From Trueperaceae bacterium (GTDB lineage: Bacteria > Deinococcota > Deinococci > Deinococcales > Trueperaceae): a DNA stretch of 64,000 bases. The notes below the pieces were generated by a model, which did not search any database, was not told where the DNA came from, and worked only from the letters and a program-made list of their open reading frames with translations. The stretch covers positions 128,001 to 192,000 of the forward strand of contig JAXHLW010000001.1 in NCBI GenBank assembly GCA_034521815.1, given 5' to 3'. A program made the translations under genes and the position numbers. How positions within the stretch are numbered: the stretch's first letter is position 1; each line of letters begins with the position of its first letter. This document shows positions 45,587-54,744 of this stretch, piece by piece.

Positions 45587-46675
45587 GTGAGTCGTCTCGT
45601 CGCGCGACGGCGCTTCATCGCCGGGGCGGCGAGCGTGGTCGCGGCCGCGGCGGGCGGCGGCGGGATCGCGGCGCGGGTCGCACGGGATGGTGGACTCGCC
45701 CACCCGCGACGGGCCCAGAACGACGGAGCGCCTGCCCGCGAGGTCGAGGTCCAGCCCGGCGAGTCCATCCAGGCCGCCGTCGACCGCGCCACCCCCGGCG
45801 CCGTCGTGCGGATCCCTCCAGGCACGTACCAGGAGACCGTGGTGATCGAGAAGCCGCTGGCGCTGATCGGTGCCGGCTACCGCCGCACCACGCTGGTGGC
45901 CGACCGCGGCCGCTTTCGCTGGGCCGGCCTGGCGCGCGAGCGCTACGTCGTCGGCGCCGTCAACGTGCGGAACACGCGCAACGTGCTGATCGCCGGCATG
46001 ACGGTGCAGGGCGCTCTCGAGGGCGTATGGGTGTCCGCCTCGCGCTACGTCACGATCAGCGACTGCATGTCGTGCGCGCACGACTCGTCGGGCTACTACC
46101 TGTGGGGAAGCGTGGCGTGCACGGTGGTGCGCAGCGAGGGGTCCGACTGCGCGGTGGGCATCTACCAGGGGGGCTCGGTCGACATCCGCATCGCTCGGAA
46201 CGTGTTTCGCCGCAACCGCGGCGGGCGCGTCCCGCACCTCGACGACGACGACTACCCGGGCATCGGGCTGCTGATGGGGAACCTCTCGCGGGGCTGCCGC
46301 GTCGAGGGCAACCTGCTGGCCGAGAACACCGACTGGGGGATGGGCGTCTCTCTGGGCGTCCACGAGGTGTCGACGCTGGGCAACACGATCCGCGACAACC
46401 CGACCGGCGTGTTCGTGGGCGAGCGCGGCCTGCGGATGCGTGCCGACAACGTCGCTGGGAACGCCGACTGGGGCGTCGACTCCGCTGCAGAGGTCGACGC
46501 GCGCGAGGTGTGGTGGGGCGCGCCGGACGGCCCGTCCGGCGCCGGACCGGGTCGAGGCGACGCGGTCCGGGCGCCCGTCCTGGTGACGCCGTGGCGGCGA
46601 GCGCCGTCGCGGCTCGCTCAGGTCGGGCCGCGCGCGCGCCCGCCCATGGTCGGCGAGGGCGCGACGGAGGGCTGA
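45587..46675 (+). CDS. Tat-exported right-handed beta-helix (NosD/pectin lyase-like) protein
   Basis: RRRFIAG signal, SIQAAVD...PGTYQE, repeated N..N...GI motifs, WWGAPDGP. Confidence 0.75.
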   Translation: MSRLVARRRFIAGAASVVAAAAGGGGIAARVARDGGLAHPRRAQNDGAPAREVEVQPGESIQAAVDRATPGAVVRIPPGTYQETVVIEKPLALIGAGYRRTTLVADRGRFRWAGLARERYVVGAVNVRNTRNVLIAGMTVQGALEGVWVSASRYVTISDCMSCAHDSSGYYLWGSVACTVVRSEGSDCAVGIYQGGSVDIRIARNVFRRNRGGRVPHLDDDDYPGIGLLMGNLSRGCRVEGNLLAENTDWGMGVSLGVHEVSTLGNTIRDNPTGVFVGERGLRMRADNVAGNADWGVDSAAEVDAREVWWGAPDGPSGAGPGRGDAVRAPVLVTPWRRAPSRLAQVGPRARPPMVGEGATEG

Positions 46676-46708
46676 CCCGAGCCTTGCGACCGTAGGGCCG
46701 CGTGCCTC

Positions 46709-46747
46709 TCGGTCGCCGCGATCGGTCGCCGCGATCGGTCGCCACGA
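46709..46747. repeat. 13-bp tandem repeat x3
   Basis: TCGGTCGCCGCGA x2 plus TCGGTCGCCACGA, between convergent genes. Confidence 0.9.
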
Positions 46748-46813
46748 CAGGCGAGCGCGCCGGACCCGCGTACAGCGGGTCCGGCGCGCTCTTCGCTCGG
46801 GCGGGGCCGTCGC

Positions 46814-47839
46814 TCAGGCAGGACCGACCTGGTCCTTGCGCATCGGCTCGGGTCGCCAGGTATCCAGCGTCGCCTTGTACTGCGCGCGCGAGAACGCCTC
46901 TTCGTCCCGTGCGCCACGGCGGCTCATCGCGCCGCGCAGCTGGCGGATCGACTCGTACTCGTTCTCCTCGAGCCAGATTCGCATGGCCTGCTCGATCTCG
47001 CCGAAGCGCGCCGGCCCGCGTCGCAGGATCTCCGACGTCATCATCGTCACGGTCGCGCCGGCCGCGACGCCCTTCAGCGCTCCCTGCGCATCGTGCACGC
47101 CGCTGGTCAGCGCCATGTCGGTCGGCACCTGCCCGTAGAGCATGCCGATCCAGCGCACCCCGAGGCGAGCCTCCTCCGGCGTCGACAGCGTCAGGCGGGG
47201 AAGCACCTCGAACTCTTCTAGATCGACGTCCGGCTGGTAGAACCGGTTGAACAGGACCAGGCCGTCCGCACCGATCTCCGACAGGCGCGACGCCATGTGC
47301 ATCGTGGCGCTCCAGAACGGCGAGAGCTTGACGGCGACCGGGATCTTCACGAGCTCGCGGACGTCGCGCAGGACCGCGACGGTCCGGTCCTCGATCTGGG
47401 CTCCCGACACGGAGGGATCGGTCGGCAAGAAGAACACGTTCAACTCCAGCGCGTCCGCGCCGGCCTCCTCGAGCATGGCGGCGTAGCGGGTCCAGCCGCC
47501 GGGCGTTTCCCCGTTCAGGCTCGCGATCACGGGGACGTCGACCGAGGCCTTCGCGGAGCGGAGCAGCTCCAGGTAGCTTTCCGGCCCGGGCGTGGTCTGC
47601 GGGATCGGGACGTAGTCGAGCGCCTCGGCGAACGCCTCGGCGCCGTAGTCCATGAAGTGGTCGTGCGCCGCTTGCTGGCCCTTGATCTCTTCCTCGTAGA
47701 GCGAGTGCATCACGATCGCCGACGCGCCACCGTCCTCGAGGATGCGGAACCCGTCGAGATTCTTCGTGAGGGGCGAGGACGAGGCCACCAGCGGGCTCGC
47801 CAGATCGAGGCCGAGGTAGCGGGTACGGAGGTCGATCAC
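46814..47839 (-). CDS. Dihydroorotate dehydrogenase-like flavoprotein
   Basis: YLGLDLASPLVASSS, PVIASLNG, ALELN, VKLSP, LFNRFYQPD; overlaps the PFOR stop. Confidence 0.85.
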   Translation of the reverse strand: MIDLRTRYLGLDLASPLVASSSPLTKNLDGFRILEDGGASAIVMHSLYEEEIKGQQAAHDHFMDYGAEAFAEALDYVPIPQTTPGPESYLELLRSAKASVDVPVIASLNGETPGGWTRYAAMLEEAGADALELNVFFLPTDPSVSGAQIEDRTVAVLRDVRELVKIPVAVKLSPFWSATMHMASRLSEIGADGLVLFNRFYQPDVDLEEFEVLPRLTLSTPEEARLGVRWIGMLYGQVPTDMALTSGVHDAQGALKGVAAGATVTMMTSEILRRGPARFGEIEQAMRIWLEENEYESIRQLRGAMSRRGARDEEAFSRAQYKATLDTWRPEPMRKDQVGPA

Positions 47840-50800
47840 GACTGGGCTCCCTTCGCGTCGCTCGGCGCTTCGGACTCGGCGGCCGTGGAGGCCGCCTGCG
47901 CCGGCTCGGCGGCCATGCGCTCGAGATCGGCCCAGTGCGCCTCGACGGCGAGCTGGGCGGCGTCCATGACGGCTTCTGCGTCATCGGGCGCGGTGAGGCG
48001 CATCAGGCGGTAGCGGTTCTCCTGGAGCGCGTAGTCGCGGAACGAGATCTTGGGCGGACGCGAGTCGAGCTGAAGCGGGTTCTTGCCCTCCTCGGCGCGG
48101 CGCGGATCGAAGCGGAACAACGGCCAGTAGCCGCTCAGCGTCGCCTTCTTCTGCTGGTCGAGGCCCTTGGACATGTCGATGCCGTGGGCGATGCAGTGCG
48201 AGTAGGCGATCACCAGCGACGGACCGTCGTACGACTCGGCCTCGATCAGCGCTTTGACGGTCTGACCGTCGTTCGCGCCCATCGCGACCTGCGCGATGTA
48301 GATGTTGCCGTACGACATCAGCATCTTCGCGAGGTCCTTCTTCGGGCTGCGCTTGCCTCCCGCCGCGAACTTCGCGACCGCGCCCATGCCCGTCGCCTTG
48401 GACGCCTGGCCACCGGTGTTGCTGTACACCTCGGTATCGAGCACCAGGACGTTCACGTTCGCACCGGAGGCGAGCACGTGATCGAGTCCGCCGTAGCCGA
48501 TGTCGTACGCCCAGCCGTCGCCGCCGACGATCCAGACGTCGGTTCTGACCAGCGCGTCCGCCAAGGCCCTGAGGTCTTTCGCCAGCGGATCGTCGCGGCC
48601 CTCGATGCGCTTCTTGAGGTCGGCGACCAGCTCGCGCTGACGTGCGATCGCCTCTTCGCTGCCGCCTTCGGCCTCGTCGAGCGCGCTCACGAGGTCCGCT
48701 GCGTCCAGCGAGGGATCGGCCAGCAGCTGACGCGCGCGGGAGCGCTGGGCGTCGAGCGCCAGGCGCATGCCCATGCCGAACTCGGCGTTGTCTTCGAACA
48801 GCGAGTTGGACCAGGCCGGACCGAAGCCTTGGGCGTTCTTCGTCCACGGCGTCGTCGGCAGGTTGCCGCCGTAGATCGACGAGCAGCCCGTCGCGTTCGC
48901 GATCACGCTACGGTCGCCGAACAGCTGGCTGAGCAGCCGGACGTACGGCGTCTCGCCACAGCCGGCGCAGGCGCCCGAGAACTCGAACAGCGGCTCGAGC
49001 AGCTGAACGTTCTTGACGTTCGTGAACGCGAGGCCGTCGTACCGCGGTACCTGCGGCAGCGACAGGAAGAAGTCCCAGTCGCGCCGGCCCTTCTCGCGAT
49101 GCGGCAGCTGCGGCTCCATCATCAGCGCCTTGCGGCCGACCTCGGACTTGTCCTTGGCCGGGCACACCTCGTAGCAGAGCGAGCAGCCGGTGCAGTCCTC
49201 GACCGCGACCTGCAGCGTGTAGCGCACGTCGCCGGCGTCCTTGAAGCGCGGCTCGACGTGCACGAAGCCCTCGGGCGCGTCCGCCATCGCCTCTGCGGGC
49301 GCCAAGGTCGAGCGGATCGTCGAGTGAGGGCAGACCATCACGCACTTGCCGCACTGGATGCAGAGATCCTCGTCCCAGACGGGGATCGCCTGCGCCAGAT
49401 TGCGCTTCTCGTACGCGGCCGTGCCCACCGGCCAGGTGCCGTCCTCGGGCATCGCCGAGACGGGCAGCTCGTCACCGCGATCCTCGAGGAGCAGCGAGGT
49501 CACGTCACGCACGAACTCCGGCACGTCCCCACGGACCGCCGGTGGCCGGGCCGCTCCGACCTCGCCTCCGGCCGGGATCTCGACGCGCTCCATGCGACCC
49601 GGTGCTGCGTCGACGGCAGCGAGGTTGCGGCGCACGATCGCTTCGCCCCTCGCGCCGTAGGTGTCGCGGATCGCTTGGCGGACCCGCTCCATCGCCTCGT
49701 CCTTGGGAAGCACGTCGCTCAGCGCGAAGAAGCACGCCTGCATGATCGTGTTGATGCGCGGCCCGAGCTCGAGCTCCTGGGCGAGCCCGTAGGCGTCGAT
49801 CGTCCACAGCTCGGCGTTCTTCTCTCGCAGGATCCGTTGCGCCTCGGCGGGAAGCTCGTCCCACACCGCGTCCGCCGCGTGGGGCGCGTTGATCAGCACC
49901 GTCGCGCCGGGGGCGACGTTCGCGAGCACGTCGTAGCGCTCGAAGAAGCCGAACTGGTGCACGCCGACGAAGCCGGCGTTGCCGATCAGGTACGCGCTGC
50001 GGATCGGCTCGGGTCCGAAGCGCAGGTGACTGATCGTCCGTGCGCCCGACTTCTTCGAGTCGTACACGAACGAGCCTTGCGCCTCGAGGCCAGCGCCCTC
50101 GCCGATGATCTTGATCGTGTTCTTCGCCGCTCCGACGGTCCCGTCGGACCCGAGGCCCCAGAAGACGGCCCTCGTCACGGAGTCCGGTTCGATGTCGAGA
50201 TTCGCGTCCCAGTCGACGCTGCTGTTCGAGACGTCGTCGTGAATGCCCAGCGTCAGGCGCGAGCGCGGACGTTCGGTCGCCATCTCGGCGAACAGACCGA
50301 CCAGCATCGCGGGGGTGAGCTCCTTCGACGACAGGCCGTAACGGACGCCTAGCGCGTGCGGGGGCCTGGCGAAGCGCGGCTCGGCCGCGTGCGCGTCCTC
50401 GTGCAGGGCGCTCAGCACGTCCTGGAGCAGCGGCTCGCCACCGGCGCCCGGCTCCTTGGTGCGGTCCATGACCGCCATCACGCGGGTGGTGGACGGTAGC
50501 GCCGCGAGGAGCCTGGAGGCGTCGAACGGACGGAACAGCCGGACCTTCACCACGCCGACGCGCTCGCCACGGGCGTTGGCCCAGGCGACGGTCTCCTCGG
50601 CGGTGTCGGCGGCCGACCCCATCACGACCAGAACGCGCTCGGCGTCCGGCGCGCCGATGTACTCGAACGGCGCGTAGGCGCGGCCGGTGTGCTCTGCGAA
50701 CGTGTCCATCACGTCCGCGACGATGTCGGGCATGGCGCGGTAGACCGGCTCGATCCGCTCGCGCGCCTGGAAGAACACGTCGGGGTTCTGGGCGGTTCCC

Positions 50801-51447
50801 CGGACGACCGGGTGCGCCGGCGACAGGGCGCGCGCGCGGAAGTCGCGAATGTCGGCCTCGTCGATCAGCGCGTGCAGCACGTCGTCGTCGACCAGGGAGA
50901 TCCGGTGCACCTCGTGCGAGGTCCGGAAACCGTCCATGACGTGCACGAAAGGAATCCGGCCGCGCAGGGTGGCGGCCTGGGCGATCGCCGCGAAGTCGTG
51001 CGCCTCCTGGACCGACGCGGCGAACAGCATGGCCATGCCGGTCTGCCTCGCGGCCATCACGTCGGAGTGGTCGCCGAAGATCGACAGGGCGTGCGTGGCG
51101 ACGGATCTCGCCGCGACGTGGATCACGGCGGGGGTGAGCTCGCCCGCGATCTTGTAGAGGTTCGGGACCATCAGCAGCAGCCCTTGGCTGGCGGTGAAGG
51201 TCGTCGTGAGGGCACCCGCTTGGAGAGAGCCGTGCACGGCGCCGGCGGCGCCGCCCTCGGCCTGCATCTCCTGCACGACGGGCACGGAGCCGAACAGGTT
51301 CGCTTTCTCCCGTTGGGCCCACTCGTCCGCCAGCTCGCCCATCGGCGAGGAAGGGGTGATCGGGTAGATGGCGACGACTTCGTTGAGGGCGTAGGCCACT
51401 CGGGCCACGGCCTCGTTGCCGTCGACGGTCTTGAACGTCGTTCGCAT
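47836..51447 (-). CDS. nifJ: Pyruvate:ferredoxin/flavodoxin oxidoreductase
   Basis: YPITPS, FTASQGLLLM, GSDGTVGA, CIQCGKCVMVCP, CTGCSLCYEVCP, GACAGCGETPY, GGDGWAYDIG. Confidence 0.96.
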   Translation of the reverse strand: MRTTFKTVDGNEAVARVAYALNEVVAIYPITPSSPMGELADEWAQREKANLFGSVPVVQEMQAEGGAAGAVHGSLQAGALTTTFTASQGLLLMVPNLYKIAGELTPAVIHVAARSVATHALSIFGDHSDVMAARQTGMAMLFAASVQEAHDFAAIAQAATLRGRIPFVHVMDGFRTSHEVHRISLVDDDVLHALIDEADIRDFRARALSPAHPVVRGTAQNPDVFFQARERIEPVYRAMPDIVADVMDTFAEHTGRAYAPFEYIGAPDAERVLVVMGSAADTAEETVAWANARGERVGVVKVRLFRPFDASRLLAALPSTTRVMAVMDRTKEPGAGGEPLLQDVLSALHEDAHAAEPRFARPPHALGVRYGLSSKELTPAMLVGLFAEMATERPRSRLTLGIHDDVSNSSVDWDANLDIEPDSVTRAVFWGLGSDGTVGAAKNTIKIIGEGAGLEAQGSFVYDSKKSGARTISHLRFGPEPIRSAYLIGNAGFVGVHQFGFFERYDVLANVAPGATVLINAPHAADAVWDELPAEAQRILREKNAELWTIDAYGLAQELELGPRINTIMQACFFALSDVLPKDEAMERVRQAIRDTYGARGEAIVRRNLAAVDAAPGRMERVEIPAGGEVGAARPPAVRGDVPEFVRDVTSLLLEDRGDELPVSAMPEDGTWPVGTAAYEKRNLAQAIPVWDEDLCIQCGKCVMVCPHSTIRSTLAPAEAMADAPEGFVHVEPRFKDAGDVRYTLQVAVEDCTGCSLCYEVCPAKDKSEVGRKALMMEPQLPHREKGRRDWDFFLSLPQVPRYDGLAFTNVKNVQLLEPLFEFSGACAGCGETPYVRLLSQLFGDRSVIANATGCSSIYGGNLPTTPWTKNAQGFGPAWSNSLFEDNAEFGMGMRLALDAQRSRARQLLADPSLDAADLVSALDEAEGGSEEAIARQRELVADLKKRIEGRDDPLAKDLRALADALVRTDVWIVGGDGWAYDIGYGGLDHVLASGANVNVLVLDTEVYSNTGGQASKATGMGAVAKFAAGGKRSPKKDLAKMLMSYGNIYIAQVAMGANDGQTVKALIEAESYDGPSLVIAYSHCIAHGIDMSKGLDQQKKATLSGYWPLFRFDPRRAEEGKNPLQLDSRPPKISFRDYALQENRYRLMRLTAPDDAEAVMDAAQLAVEAHWADLERMAAEPAQAASTAAESEAPSDAKGAQS

Positions 51448-51564
51448 CCGGCCTCCCGTCCCCCGGCAGGCTCGTAGTGACGTTCGTAGCGTACGTTCGG
51501 CGCGCCGGCACGGACGTGGGGCAATCTCCGACAGGGGACGGGGGCGGGCTCCGACGAGGCGCCC

Positions 51565-53385
51565 TCAGCGACTGGCCAGGCCGGCCTCGATCTCGGCGAG
51601 CCTGTCGTAGATCCAGCGGGTGACGAGCACGTTCTGAAGGTACTCGCGCGTCTCGAGCGCATCGATGGCGCGGTAGAGATCGTCCTTGTCGCGGCGGACC
51701 TCGTCGCTGTCGTACAGGCGGCGGATGTAGCCCTGCCCGCGGTTGTAGCTGGGCACGACGAGCTCCTCGTCGCCGGAGAAGTACTCCTGCAGCCAGCCGA
51801 GGTAGTGGACGCCGTAGCGGATGTTGTCCGCCACCTCGAACGGGTCGGCCGGGGCCTCGTTCTGGAGCTCGGCGATCCAATCCCACGTGCTCGGCATCAC
51901 CTGCATCAGGCCTTGGGCGCCCGAGCGGGAGATCGCGCCTGGGTAGAACGCCGACTCGCGCCGCATCACGGCCCATACCAGGTGCGGATCCACATCGGCG
52001 CGCTTGGCCTGGACCCGGACCAGGTCGGGCCACGCCTCGGGGTAGGCCAGTCGCCAGGTGCGCAGCTGGGCGCTGCCGTCGCTCAGCAGCGCGGTGGCGG
52101 CACGCTGCGGAATGCGGTACTCGTTCAGCGCCTGCAGCGCTTCGCCCAGGGCCACGATCTCGGCTTCGTCGCTGGCGGTCCGCAACGCGAACGCCAGCAC
52201 CAGCCGTGCGCCCTCTGGGTCGTCGCTCTCGGCCAGCCAGCGAGCCGTCTCCAGCGCTTCCGGCCGGGTGGCGGCAAGGTCGTCGTGCGTCGGCAGTCTC
52301 GGAGCGATCGCTCCGTCGTCGAGCCGCAGGGCGAAGAAGCTCCCCGCCGGGATCGCCTGCTCGGCGCGGGCGACCAGCTCGGTCGCGCCCGTTCGCCGGG
52401 CGAGAACGAGAGCGCGCCAGGCCGCATCGTCGGCGTAGACGGAGTCGCCCGCAGCGAGGTCCAGGTAGACGTCGATCGCCTCGCTCCAGCGCTGGTCGCC
52501 CTCCAGCAGGCTCGTCGCGAGCCACAGACGAGCAGGCACGCCGGTGGCCCGCAGCAGCCGGACGGCTTCGGGCCGGTCGCCGCGCCGGTTCGCGATCAGC
52601 GCGCGCCCGTACAGGGCTTGCGGCCCGTCCAGATCGCGGAACGCCGCTTCGGCGGCCGCGAGGTCGCCGAGGTACCAGTGCGACCAGGCCACGCCGAAAC
52701 GGGCGTCCACGTGTCCCGGAACCTGGTCCAGCCAGGCTCGGTAGGCGTTCAGTGCCTCCTCGTGCCGGTCCAGCGCACGCAGCGCCGGCGCTTCGATGGA
52801 CGGCGCGGCCAGGCCGTCCAAGGCGTCCAGGGCGGCCTGATGGAGGCGGCCCTGCAGGAACGCGTTGGCGAGGCGGTACGGGTCGTCGATCAAGGCGCGG
52901 AGCGCGTCCCTGGCCCGTGGGTCGGGAAGCGCCTCGCGGTAGGCCTCGACCGCGAGGCTCGTGCGGCCCGCGGCGTCGGAGGTCCGTCCCAGCGTGAGGT
53001 GGAGCTCGGTGAGCTCGCGTCGCGCGAGCGGCTCGTCGATTCGGAGCTCGAGCACGCGCCGGGTCGCATCGCTACGCGTAGCGGCGTCCAAGGCGTCGTC
53101 CTCGGCCAGGTCGCGGGCCGCGCGGTACGCCGCGACGTCGTCGCCCCGGCTCAGCTCCAGCAGCGTCTGCTGGTCGCCGCGCGACCGAGCCACGGCGTGC
53201 TCGACCAGGCGCTGTGCGAGCTCGCTGGTGGGCTGCGTCGCGGCCGTCGTCGCGGCCGTCGTCGCTGGGCCCGTCGACCCCGGGGCGTCGCCCGGCGGCA
53301 CGCCGGTCCGGGGAAGACCGACGGCCACGGCCAGCGTGATCGCTGCGAGCAGGAGGACGAGAAGGACGGCACGACGTCGCGTCAT
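51565..53385 (-). CDS. Lytic transglycosylase (SLT domain) with TPR-like repeats
   Basis: N-terminal TM; AVMRRES, GLMQVMPST, SYNRGQG, ETREY; TAGAGT -10 box 7 nt before ATG 53385. Confidence 0.9.
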   Translation of the reverse strand: MTRRRAVLLVLLLAAITLAVAVGLPRTGVPPGDAPGSTGPATTAATTAATQPTSELAQRLVEHAVARSRGDQQTLLELSRGDDVAAYRAARDLAEDDALDAATRSDATRRVLELRIDEPLARRELTELHLTLGRTSDAAGRTSLAVEAYREALPDPRARDALRALIDDPYRLANAFLQGRLHQAALDALDGLAAPSIEAPALRALDRHEEALNAYRAWLDQVPGHVDARFGVAWSHWYLGDLAAAEAAFRDLDGPQALYGRALIANRRGDRPEAVRLLRATGVPARLWLATSLLEGDQRWSEAIDVYLDLAAGDSVYADDAAWRALVLARRTGATELVARAEQAIPAGSFFALRLDDGAIAPRLPTHDDLAATRPEALETARWLAESDDPEGARLVLAFALRTASDEAEIVALGEALQALNEYRIPQRAATALLSDGSAQLRTWRLAYPEAWPDLVRVQAKRADVDPHLVWAVMRRESAFYPGAISRSGAQGLMQVMPSTWDWIAELQNEAPADPFEVADNIRYGVHYLGWLQEYFSGDEELVVPSYNRGQGYIRRLYDSDEVRRDKDDLYRAIDALETREYLQNVLVTRWIYDRLAEIEAGLASR

Positions 53386-53477
53386 GGACGCCACTCTACG
53401 GGCGCCTTCGGTGAACGTGGTGAGCGCCAGGAGAGGCCTTCGCGACAGGCCGAGCATCGGTATCGCGGCGTGAAAGT

Positions 53478-53507
53478 TTGCATACGTGTACCTGCGGATG
53501 CTAACTT
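53478..53507 (+). promoter_or_regulatory. Candidate promoter of the second osmoprotectant operon
   Basis: TTGCAT-N18-TAACTT with an extended TG. Confidence 0.5.
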
Positions 53508-53562
53508 GAGGGGTGGTCGGCCGCTGCGACCGTTTCGCACGTGGCTTGATTCCGCTTCGCCG

Positions 53563-53636
53563 ACCGTTCGTCGGCAAACCGTTCGTCGGCAAACCGTACG
53601 TCCACAGACCGAACTGTACGTCCGCAGACCGTACGC
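53563..53636. repeat. 15-bp degenerate tandem repeat in the 5' leader
   Basis: ACCGTTCGTCGGCAA x2, ACCGTACGTCCACAG, ACTGTACGTCCGCAG, ACCGTACGC. Confidence 0.85.
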
Positions 53637-53661
53637 TTCGCCCTTCACCTAGGAGGACCGT

Positions 53662-54618
53662 GTGAAGAAGTTCCTGACAGTTCTAGCCATCGCCGCCACG
53701 GCGTCGTTCGGCATCAACGCCTTCGCCCAGGCGCCCAACGCCGGCGACCCGATCGTGGTCGGCTCCAAGCAGTTCACCGAGCAGATCGTTCTCGGCCAGG
53801 TCATCATCGCCGCGCTCGAAGACGCCGGCTACGAAGTCACCGACCGCACGAACCTCGGCGGCACCGCCGTCAATCGCGATGCGCTCGAGGCCGGCGAGAT
53901 CGACGTCTACCCGAACTACAACGGCACCGCGATCAGCAACTGGTACCGCGACATCCCGTGGGCCCAGGAGTCGATCTCCGAGGGTGCCTCGGGCGACGCC
54001 TACGCCAGCTACGCCACGGTGTCGTCGCTCGACGCCGCGATCTTCGATCTGGTCTGGCTCCGTCCGGCGCCCGCCAACAACACCTACGCGCTGGCCGTGA
54101 CGCGCGAGTGGTCGGAAGAGAACGGAATCACCACCCTGCCCGAGTTCGCGGCGTACGTGAACGACGGTGGAGAGGTCGTGCTGTCCACGGGTGACGAGTT
54201 CGCGCAGCGCCCCGACGGCCTGCCCGCGTTCTACGAGACGTACGGCTTCGAGCTCGACGAAGACCAGCTGATCATCATCGCGGGCGCGACGCCCGCGCAG
54301 ACCGAACAGGCGCTCGCCTCGGGCCAGAACAACGTGAACGTGGCGATGGCGTACGGGACCGACGGTGCGCTGCTGGCGTACGACTTCGTCGTTCTCGACG
54401 ACCCGAACGGCGCGCAGCCCGTGTTCCAGCCCACCCCGGTGTTCCGCGGCGAAGTGATCCGCGCGTACCCCGAGATCGCGGGGATCCTGAACCCGATCTT
54501 CGCGACGTTCGACAACACCAGCCTGCAGTCGCTGAACGCCGCCGTCGAAGTCGATGGCATCAGCCCAGCGGTCGCAGCGCAGACCTACCTCGTCGACAAC
54601 GGTTTCATCGGAAACTGA
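53662..54618 (+). CDS. Osmoprotectant ABC substrate-binding protein (OsmF/YehZ/OpuAC family)
   Basis: AGGAGG RBS; VVGSKQFTEQ, IDVYPNYNGT, ANNTYALAV, EFAQRPDG, AYGTDG. Confidence 0.9.
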   Translation: MKKFLTVLAIAATASFGINAFAQAPNAGDPIVVGSKQFTEQIVLGQVIIAALEDAGYEVTDRTNLGGTAVNRDALEAGEIDVYPNYNGTAISNWYRDIPWAQESISEGASGDAYASYATVSSLDAAIFDLVWLRPAPANNTYALAVTREWSEENGITTLPEFAAYVNDGGEVVLSTGDEFAQRPDGLPAFYETYGFELDEDQLIIIAGATPAQTEQALASGQNNVNVAMAYGTDGALLAYDFVVLDDPNGAQPVFQPTPVFRGEVIRAYPEIAGILNPIFATFDNTSLQSLNAAVEVDGISPAVAAQTYLVDNGFIGN

Positions 54619-54623
54619 CCGAC

Positions 54624-54661
54624 ACGGTCGCCGGTCCGGGACGTCCCGGACCGGCGACCGT
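54624..54661. repeat. Perfect 38-bp palindrome after the binding-protein gene
   Basis: ACGGTCGCCGGTCCGGGAC|GTCCCGGACCGGCGACCGT. Confidence 0.95.
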
Positions 54662-54744
54662 TCTCGTCGCGCCGCCGCTCGGGCTTCTCCTGAGCGCTCT
54701 CGTCGACGTCGGGCCCAGCGGGGCCCGGAGGGGGGTTACGCACC

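Noticed and set aside
53563-53636. CRISPR array (also considered for 196-251 and 24205-24235)
   Set aside because: Units are 14-17 bp with no unique spacers, and no cas genes are present.
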